Assembly: GCA_051599415.1 (NCBI GenBank)
Contig: AP039708.1
Location: forward strand, 62,001 to 126,000
DNA: 64,000 nucleotides
Origin: Savitreella phatthalungensis
Taxonomy: Eukaryota
Reading direction: 5' to 3'
A model generated the notes under the pieces. It was given only the letters and a program-made list of their open reading frames with translations, searched no databases and had not been told where the DNA came from. Shown here piece after piece: positions 54,901 through 64,000 of this stretch. The position numbers and the translations under genes were made by a program. Position 1 is the stretch's first letter; each line of letters begins with the position of its first letter.

Positions 54901-55754
54901 TTCTGCTCACCCTTGCTTGTCAAACTTGCAGACCCGAAGAGCAAGCGATCGACCGAGCTGCTCGAGTCATTGGTCGAGTACGACGTGCACAGGCGGCTGG
55001 ACATGTGTGGGAACGGCGGTCTGGATAGTGAAACCGGAGCAGTGGCGTTTGAACCTTCCTCCAATCGACCGGGCGACTCGGTTCCTTGACCGTCAGTGAT
55101 ATCTTCTACGCACGTCTCCAGCGCCGGTCTGTCGAGCTCGAGACTAGTGAATCGTGGCGGTCTGGGCGAAGGCGAGCGACGTGAAGAGCTTCTAGATCCA
55201 GGTCGCGAGTGTGAGTGAGATCTGGATCTAGGCGGTGAGAGGCTTGTCAGGCTGAGCTCATGCTGAGAGGCCGGATTGGAGATGGATCTGCCTCTCGAAG
55301 GGGTGTCATCTTCGTCAGGAGGGTCGGCGAGGAGTGGTTTGTATCTGACGCTGCGACGACGTGCCGGAGGGGCTGTCGGAGAACCGCCGTCGACAGAGTC
55401 AGGACGTGACTCCGGGGTCTTGTATGCGAGAGCATCTTGCCATTGACTCCTGACAGGGGATGAATGGACCATGTGGAGGGAGCTGTCCGCCTTTGGGGTG
55501 AAGTAGTCCTCAATGACATGAACAATGGGTGTACGCAATGAGTCCGCCGCCGCTGGGCTTGCTAGCAGATTCTTAGTGGTGGTCGTGAATGTGACGCTGG
55601 AAAGCTCGACGAGCTCAGCTGAGAAGGATGAGTCGAATGACAAGGCACTGAGCGTGTCAGGACGCGGTGGACGTACAGGGATGTGTCTGTCTGGTGAGGG
55701 TGATGGACTGCAGTTCGGGGTATGACGGGATGCCGGTCTTGATGTGCATGGCAT
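51942..55754 (-). CDS. Divergent RasGEF (REM + CDC25-like) domain protein; introns 52977-53033, 52629-52684, 52448-52502
   Basis: REM-like AVAGTIPALLAELL...YVDHLL. Splicing at GTGAGT, GTAAGT and GTGAGA donors with CTGAC branch points joins NW|TSRRVL..WLIDLCEELRFAGDYNTLFCLVRGL, FAAYRK..PLVPSL|DVFLDDL and VDLAKLRQ|L. The start is uncertain. Confidence 0.75.
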
Positions 55755-56183
55755 CGTAGCAGGATTCGTTATAGTCCCCCGGACTAATATCGTGAGCACC
55801 CCTGCACTGCTGACTCTGACGGTGACTAACCGAGCTGTCACTAGCACCTGAAGGAGAAGACGCTATCCGACGATGAAGTGAACGTCGATACGTGTGCTTG
55901 GAGGAGGGAAGGTAGAGATAGGTATGAGGAGGAGTGCCACAGTTCATCAGTTTTATCATTAAATTGAATTCACGTAGAAAGAATAATCAGGGTGGTGAAT
56001 AAGACTCGGCATGTGATCGATTTCTACAAAGTGTATGAGCACAGAAGAGATGTGGAGAGTGGGGGAGTGGACAGAAATAGTCCAGGTCTGGTAGATGAAG
56101 TTTGTATAGTTGGTCGTTGCAGTCGGTGAGGTGGTCATTCGTTAAGGGTTGTACAGGATGTGGAGGTCGGTGTTGATCGACTT

Positions 56184-56537
56184 TCACATCATCATGGCTA
56201 GATCGTCTGCCATGCGGGAGACCTCGACGTTGTGTAGACGGGCGTAAAGCTTGGACAGATCGAGCTGCGGTGGTTGCCCACGCCCGTCTTGCTGTGCGGA
56301 CGCGTCCATGAAGCCCGCATGAGCGTGAGTATGCACGTCGTTGGCCGCTGCAAATCGCCCTGCCAGATCGTCATGACTTGCATTGCTGCTGTTGCTAGGG
56401 CTGCCCTGCTGGTCGAGTGTCCGCGAACCGGCTCCCGGAAACGGGTATTCTGACCACGACGTCAAACTGCCCTGAGGTGTATTATAGTTGGCCATGCTAG
56501 ATGATCGTGGAACATCAATCGGCGGTGTGCCTGCCAT
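56184..56537 (-). CDS. Small hypothetical protein (117 aa) upstream of the RasGEF gene
   Basis: ATG in good context (GAAACATGG); coding-like composition in an otherwise non-coding region; TATA-like CATATAAG about 330 bp upstream. Confidence 0.45.
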   Translation of the reverse strand: MAGTPPIDVPRSSSMANYNTPQGSLTSWSEYPFPGAGSRTLDQQGSPSNSSNASHDDLAGRFAAANDVHTHAHAGFMDASAQQDGRGQPPQLDLSKLYARLHNVEVSRMADDLAMMM

Positions 56538-58300
56538 GTTTCAAAGGGTGTCTATGTTTTCAGGATTTGTCTACGCTTGTGAAGGGACGCGTGATGAAGG
56601 CCAGATGTGTGAATGCGTGTCGCAGCACAAGTGTTCCGGGGGTAGTATGGAGTTATGCCTGGGCAAGGGATGAAAAATGTCAAATAGGGCGGTGGACGCG
56701 GCTCGTGTCGGGTTGGTGATGATGATGCGATCTAGAGGGGGAAGCGCGCGCGCGTATGTACCAATCTCTAGAGCGAAAAGTTGATGTATGGGTTGGAAGT
56801 TGCGTCAATCACATGCACTCGATGTGGAGATGGACCGGAAGATCGAGGGCGGCCGGAGATCTTATATGAAGTTGTATGAAGAGGTATGATGGAGAGATGA
56901 TGTGATAATTTCAATTCACCCAGGATCTGTCCGTTCGCCTCCGGGACGAGGCAAGCCTCTCTAAATAGGCCGGCGTCAATACCGAGGACGGCAGGCGGTC
57001 AATGGCAAATTTCATTTCAAACTCCAGGCACCGATCAGATTCCGGGGTTGATGAATTGCGGATTGACAGGGCGGGGCTCTTCGGGAGGTTGAAGAAATGC
57101 TTGCTCGGTCGGTTCAGGTCAAATGGACGAACGGTGGGTTGGCGAGGCATGATGAGAGGGAGCTTGGATCGATTGACCTCTACACATGTGGATCGTGCGG
57201 AGAGAAGACAGGCAGAGCAAGGTACCTTTTTTTCTCGGCCGTAAGGAGTGATGGTCATTTTTCCCGGTCGAGCAGCCTATTATCCATACCAGGTAAAAAC
57301 GTTGTGCGAGGATTGAATGGGCGCTCGGAGGGTAGATTGGAATGAAGTCTATTCACTGTCCTCGGAATGGATTTCTGTTTAGCGCTGCTGACTGGCTTTC
57401 GTCGGCTGCCTTCCTCATTCAGTGTTGACATGCGAGAATGAGGCTTTTCTTACGATTGACAGTGTTCTGCTACGCCTACCGACGAATCTCTCATCATCGG
57501 ACTCGGCCGGGAAGCACATGCTTTTTCTTAGATGGCTGACTGCAGATACAATCTGGTCTTCATCGTCAACCTGGTCTTGTGAGATGATGATGAATGTTGT
57601 GACCTGACTTCTTTGACTTGTCGTAGCTTAATTTGAGATGGATGTGTATCTGGAGGGCTTCTCGGATGGACGCGACGCCACATCATTGATGTTTTCACTC
57701 TCTGCAGCTTGAGTCGAATATTTTTGATGCGTGTGAGATTCGATTGACTGTGTTGACCAGAATTAGGTAATGTCGACGTCGGTAGCTTACGCGCTTGACC
57801 AGATCAGATCAGCCCATAGCTGAGAAGTCAAAGGCTAGGTAAAGCAAGGCGAGACAAGGCAAGGCAGGGCAAGGCCTAAGCGTTTTTCCGTCCAGGGTTA
57901 GATCTGTTTGCTGCAGGCTAGTTGGAACTTTGTGGGATCGACATGTGACGGAAGACCAAGTTGACCCCCTGCCTGGAATCTCGTACCCGATCTACCTCCA
58001 TCTAGACATTGACCCCGGATGAAATTGCTGGTTGAGAAATGTGGGGGAGGGATCTGGTTTGTGTCTCTGGAGGAGTGACGATCGCCATCGACATGATTTC
58101 ATTACAGCACAAGGGGCGATCAGACGCGTGGATGGTTATGGTGGTTCAGGGATGAAATGAAATCGGACGATCCCATAGCGGTTCCGCCAAAAGACAAAAG
58201 ACGCACACACCCACACCTCTGAATCCGGGGTAAAGCAAAAGAGGTGAAATCATTCAAGCGTATCCTCGCAGGCGAAGATCATCACATCACGTCCCGGAAT

Positions 58301-58301
58301 G

Positions 58302-58352
<51 letters not shown>
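58301..58352 (+). repeat. (GTGC)13 microsatellite
   Basis: Perfect tandem repeat, directly visible. Confidence 0.95.
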
Positions 58353-58354
<2 letters not shown>

Positions 58355-59528
58355 ATGTGCCTGCGCTTTCACTTAGCGAGACTAGCGAAACTTTGTTTGT
58401 AAGATAGAGTTTATCGGTCGGACGCACGCCATTGATCGACATGATCGAGCTGTGGACGTTGGCATGGGTTGAAGCACGATAATCTCTCATGATTCCAGCT
58501 CAAGTTTACCTCTAGCTAGTCGATCGCTACATCTCGACTTTAGTGAATCACTGCAGAACGTCTATCCAAGTCCTTTATTCTGTGTATTGGGATGCTTTTG
58601 AATGGGTGGATATGCGATTGCGGTTGAGGTTGCGGTCACGGGTGAATTGGATTCAATTAACTGAGTCTTGCTCGGAATTACCGGGATAGAGGAATATGAG
58701 AGACGAAGGAATTTGGGTGGGAAAACAAACCTTAAAAAGTCCAAGAAACCAGACTTATTACCCGTTCGGCAGAATTATCCACTGGCTCTTTGGATCTAGA
58801 ACTCTCTCTGTCTTCCGAACAGCCCTTTGCATACTCACATCACATGAAGATGATAAGAGCTCATGCAGTCTGGCTTCCGAACGAGAGAGAGAGAGAGAGG
58901 ACACTGGGGATGTCTAGCCTAGCATGCTTAGCAGAGTCTACCTGAGTGATTCCTCGAAGTTTTTCACGGTGCGGGATACACGATCGATCGACCCTATACA
59001 GTGTTTTTGGGTATGGTCAATCTTCCAGACATCCAACCCACCAGAACTTCCCATGTCCAGTGATGCTCCAGGGATACTAGTCAACCGGCTGCTCAAAGCC
59101 GGTATAAGCATATTGTAGAAAAACGTACTTCTCCATCTTTTCCACCAGAACAGACATTCAACCTGCTAGGAGACCCCACCTTTGATGCAGACGGCATGAA
59201 TTCAAAAGTCAGGAACAAAAGCTTCTAGGCACGGCAAACTGGCTGCTACGACAGTGTTTTGCACGGATCGCTCATTTCATCTGTTGACTAGCTACTGTAA
59301 GAAGGTATGGTGTTGGTGATGTGGATTGGTGTGATGTGGTACGCGTTTGTGTTTGTGCTTGTGTTTAGGGGCGTATTGGAAGTGCGGGATAGGGTATTGC
59401 TGAGGTGTGAGGTGAGGATGAATCGACGCAGCATTCGCCAGGAAGAAAAGGGAGACAATCTCTGAGAAATGCTTAGTTCAATGTCCGTTTGAGGACTGCT
59501 GAAAAGGTCTTTGGTGGTGGTGTTTGCT

Positions 59529-60602
59529 CTATAGTAGACCGACCTCACGCAAGTTCTGCTGGATGATGATATCGTTGACGGCTGCCATGACGAACTTGAT
59601 CTGCTGGGTGTCTGTGGCGCAGGTGAAATGGGTGTAGATCTGCTTGAGCTCAGACTGGTTCAGTGAGACGAATCTGTTGAGGATGTAGTCGCATGCTGCG
59701 TTGTAGTCATCACCACCCTCGTAGTCCGGGAAGTAGTTCTTCATCGGGCTCACAGGCAACTTCTCCCGGAATCGATCGATCTTGTTGAGGAAGAGGATGA
59801 TGGAGGTCTTGACAAACCAGCGGGAGTTGCAGATCGAGTCGAACAGGGTCAGCGCCTCCTGCATCCGGTTTACCGTCTCGTCCTCCAACAGCAACTGGTC
59901 GTACTCTGAGATGGCGACAAGGAAGAGGATCGTCGTCACGTTCTCAAAACAGTGGATCCACTTTTTACGCTCGGACCGCTGACCTCCGACGTCAAACATC
60001 CGGTATGTCAATTCGCCAATGATGAACGTCGTCTCCGTGATACCTGTCGTCTTCACGCGCGATCTCAAAACGTCCTGGTCTGTTGGCAGGTAATCCGAAG
60101 ACGCGATCCGCTCGATGCTGTCAAAGTAGTACCGTGCAGAGTCGTTCAGCTGGAACTCACGTGACCGTGCAAAGCACTGTTGCACACCGCCATCCCGCCA
60201 GAGCGACTTGACTGCATTGCCGACCTCTGACGACATGACGTCTCCCTCAATCTGATTTGGCTGCATGAAGATGGTCTGGACGTGGTACTCGTTGTTGGCG
60301 TCACCGAGAGCGAGCTCCATCGACTCCATCGCCTCGAGGATCACGCGCATCGACTGCACTGTGTTGGAGAAGATAATCTCCTTGAAAGACTCTCGCTCGT
60401 CGACGCTGTAACCACCTTCGTGGATCAGCTTCATCTGCTTGAGGATGGTCGACTTTCCTGATTCTCCTGCACCGAGCAGAAGCATCTTGATCTCATTGCG
60501 CATCTGCGCACGATCCTTTTTGAGCTGGTTGTCAATCTCGTCGTTGCGCTGCTTTCCTGCATTGACGGCAGGCGCCTGCTCCGATGACATGCCACAACCC
60601 AT
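59529..60602 (-). CDS. Heterotrimeric G-protein alpha subunit, fungal group I (Gna1/FadA-like), intronless
   Basis: MGCGMS acylation motif, GAGESGKST, RSRVKTTGI, DVGGQRSERKKW, FLNKID and TCATDT. Confidence 0.97.
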   Translation of the reverse strand: MGCGMSSEQAPAVNAGKQRNDEIDNQLKKDRAQMRNEIKMLLLGAGESGKSTILKQMKLIHEGGYSVDERESFKEIIFSNTVQSMRVILEAMESMELALGDANNEYHVQTIFMQPNQIEGDVMSSEVGNAVKSLWRDGGVQQCFARSREFQLNDSARYYFDSIERIASSDYLPTDQDVLRSRVKTTGITETTFIIGELTYRMFDVGGQRSERKKWIHCFENVTTILFLVAISEYDQLLLEDETVNRMQEALTLFDSICNSRWFVKTSIILFLNKIDRFREKLPVSPMKNYFPDYEGGDDYNAACDYILNRFVSLNQSELKQIYTHFTCATDTQQIKFVMAAVNDIIIQQNLREVGLL

Positions 60603-63600
60603 GGTGGATGTTGATGATAAAGGGAAAGTGATCTAAAGACGTGGATAGGACGAACTGCTGCGCAGGTGCTTGTGCGGCTGATGCTCTAGGTTGACTGTTC
60701 TTACACGAGCAGAGTCAATCTCCCTGATCTGTAGGGGATCCTTGGCTACTATTGAATTGTCGCGCTGCTACCGGGCGGAATGTCCGAAATGCCGAGTGCC
60801 GTTTACAGTTGCCGGTGAAGTTCGTAGCGCGAGCTATCAGCGACGACGGGAGGAGGAAAAGAGCGAGAAAGCAGGACTAAGGAGTGCGAGTATAGCGACG
60901 TTTGCGTCTCCTGCTGTATCGCGAGTGTCTTGTCGCCCGTCTATGGCCAAAGTGCAAATTGCCGATTCTCTTCGGTGACGACTGATCTTTAACTTCTCTA
61001 GACCTGCTAGCGAGCGCAGTTCCTAAGGGAGAAGAAAATAAGTCGTTGCGCTTTTCGAGAGCGGAACTATGCGGAGATGCGAATGATAACGAGATCGATA
61101 ATTCCTGATAGGAACTGACCGAAGCGTTAGATACTTTGTATCACCGGCGCACGGATCGAATTTGTCCAGCAGGTGCTATGCTCGGTGAATCGTGCAAGTC
61201 GCCTGCTCGCGGGTGTATAAGCAGCAAAGATAGGGCGGATGAGGAGAGGAAATAGAATTGCACAGGACACCAAGTCTGAGGATAGGGATGGGTAGGATAG
61301 AATAGGATAGCTTTGGTTGTCGGTGGTGGTCTGTGTCTCTGTGCGTGCGTGTGTGCGTGTGTGTGCGTAACGGAGGAAAGCGATCGATCGGACTAGGTGT
61401 AAGTGTGTAAGTGTGTGTGCGTGTATGTGTCGCGCTGTTGGTTTGCTGCTTGTTGCTCGTCGGCCTAATTGCTTCGCACCAAACTCCCTGCCTGGTTACC
61501 TTCCTAATGATTTGGAGATGGATTGGAGATAGTTTGGCAGGCAGGCTGGTACTTGGGAACGCAGCCTGGGAGTGTCTGAGTGGGTGAGTGGGTGAGTGAG
61601 TGAAGAGGGGAGAGAATAGGAGGACGAGATAGGGAGTGTCTGTACTAAGCTGAAGCAGGTTGGGAGAAGGTGGAGATCAAATGACTGAAGGTCGCTTGCC
61701 TCAGATACAATATGACACAGTGCTATGCAAGTCGAGTGAGTAGGACGCACGCACCAAATTCAGGGAGGGACAGGCCTTACCTGCCTTGGGTAGGAACATA
61801 GGCAGTCAGGCGGGGGAGTCAAGCAGGATGGCTCGTGCGCGAAATCACGTTCAGCTTCAGTCGCAAGTCAGTCAGTCCAAGTTACACTGAATTATCCAGG
61901 CTGAGCGAGGCCAGGTGACATCTCATGCTTAGGCAAGTAATAGGCTAAGAGTATATCAACCACGACAGCCACGGGCAGCGACACTGCCGATGTCACCCAG
62001 ACACTAGTCAGCTATCACCATGCATACTTTGAAGACTCGAACATTCTTCCAATGTCTCAAATGCACAAGCCAGGCTGATTCAGGTTTATACCAGCCAGCT
62101 GTTCAGCCAGAAATTCAGCCAGCCGGATTTCTGTATCGGCTCTATTCTAGGTAAGAAGCCATTCACACGTTTACAAGAAATGGTAGCCCGCAGCAGTATC
62201 AAAGTCAATAGTACTCGATTGAGCTCACAGGAAGCCACGATAGCTGACACGGGCACATTGCAGAAGAAAGCTGCTGATATTTCTGGCGTAGCTACCACAG
62301 TAAGAGAAGCCTCATTGTAAACACACACGAATGAGAAATCCAGCTAAACAATTCGGTCCTCCCTACATACGCATCCACAATCTGCCCCTCATCCCCGTAG
62401 CAGGCAACTTCTCCTCATTCGAAATTCCTGAATTCGAAATTCCTGATACTAATCTGACAGCTATGAGCAGAAATCAAAAAGAGATCGTCCTCGGCAATCC
62501 ATGTCAGCTTGATGTATTGATAGTATGAGCGTGATCAGATTGGAGAATAACAGAAATGCGTATCTTTCGAGCAAGCGACAACCTCATTCTAACCTGAGAC
62601 CGTGCACGAGAAGGATGGCTGGACACTTTACTTTCTCAAGCTTTTCCACCGGGGATCAAGCCATCAGTGGAGCAAGCAATCGGTGAATCAAGCCATCAGT
62701 GAATGGTGGTGCTAGATCAAGAGAACGTATCACTCATGACACTAAGACAAAGGATTGAGTCTAGAGTAGGTCAAACACTGGCCACGCGTCCATTCCACGC
62801 ATACACCCCACGCAACGACTTCATGAGACACTAAATGGCTACGATTCGATTCATGCAATTCTTCCTTTACAATCAATAGATCCATTTGATAGCAGTAGAA
62901 AGTGGAAAAATAAATCGCTTCCTGAGCATGCGTCAGTCACACCACACGTTAAAGCAGATCAGTATGCAACCCTGTGTGTGTGGTGGCATGGCATGGCATA
63001 GCATGGCATAGCATCCTGGCGTAGCATGCACATTGATGCATCCCTCCCAGTACTTTTCGGCCTGATACGACCAACTCAAATGAGAGCACCAAGGTCTGTA
63101 TCGTAGAGGTCCATGCTACATATAGATTCTTATAAATGATTATACAGCATGTATCGATGAATGGACGCAGTGACATCAAAGGTATTCAAAGTAATACACC
63201 CAACACTGTGGCTGCCACGACAGATCAATTCCAGTCCCAGTCCGGCTGTATGAACACCCACGTTCCACCCTATTCATATGACATATGTGGCCCTAAGGAT
63301 GAAACTTGGTCTGCCTATATGATCTGTGAGAGGCCAATAGCACGCGTGCATTCGTGCAAAAGGACGTTCGATTGCGTGGATCAGCGCATGCGGGATTGCT
63401 CGTGTCTTTTGCACGCGTGAGTGGGATGCAACTCATCTGGCAGACACGTGCATCAACGTGATACACTGAAGCGTAGCCACGGTCCATCGCATCATACACG
63501 TATCGTCTAATCATCTTCAGAACCTCGCTGGAATGCACCGCGTCTGTCGGCAGAGACATGGACCACACGTGTATGTCCCTGGACCACCCCAAGGATATTC

Positions 63601-64000
63601 TGTGACCAGAGTCGCGCCACGGTCATAAAAGGCTAGCTGTCTCTGATAACGAGCACAAGCGATAAATTGTGCATCAAACTTGCTTAACCAGCACGGCCAT
63701 AGATCGAATCAAAGGTTGATCTGATCTGTCCGGAGCTTTGTATCAGCTAGCAATCCTTTCCACTCGCATGAGAGATGACAATGCAACCACCAAGCCCGGA
63801 TCGCGCGGCGTTGTGATCATAGAGAGGATATCACAGCACAAAGTCGTTCTATATGCACCAGAATGTTACAAACAAAGAAGGCTGAGACTGCCTCGTCCAG
63901 CTGCTGATAGGCTATAGCGAGTGCATCGGCATTCAACCACACTGTCCCCATGACACCTGCTGGACACCCGGAAGTTCCAGCCGCGTCAGGCAGCCATTCA

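Overview
Gene-dense, intron-poor, fairly GC-rich eukaryotic DNA from an ascomycete fungus. The short 46-70 nt introns with CTRAC branch points, a dispersed 5S gene with an upstream TATA, and pom1/mis13/bzz1-like genes suggest Taphrinomycotina, but that placement is inference. About 30 protein genes can be supported: a DYRK/Pom1-like kinase (runs off the window), a sulfate permease, two MFS transporters, Vps62-like, Rpr2-like, Rvs167, Ino1, Kti12, Aps1, Acb1, Dsn1, Efm7, Nth1, gamma-tubulin, a paxillin-like LIM protein, a heme-thiolate peroxygenase, a DUF676 lipase, Bzz1, a glutathione peroxidase, an Hcs1 helicase, an Smr protein, a RasGEF and a group-I G-alpha. There is also one 5S rRNA and one intron-containing tRNA-Ala(UGC). 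The main finding is a single uninterrupted ORF (48669-49922) that fuses a complete translin domain to a complete trimeric dUTPase. It lies in a block of nucleic-acid-handling genes (Hcs1 helicase, tRNA, Smr nuclease). Second is a candidate ACG-initiated regulatory uORF in the spliced INO1 leader. Third is a small secreted SnoaL/NTF2-like protein that may be of bacterial origin. No transposons or CRISPR arrays were seen. All family assignments are from motif recognition by eye, with no database searches.
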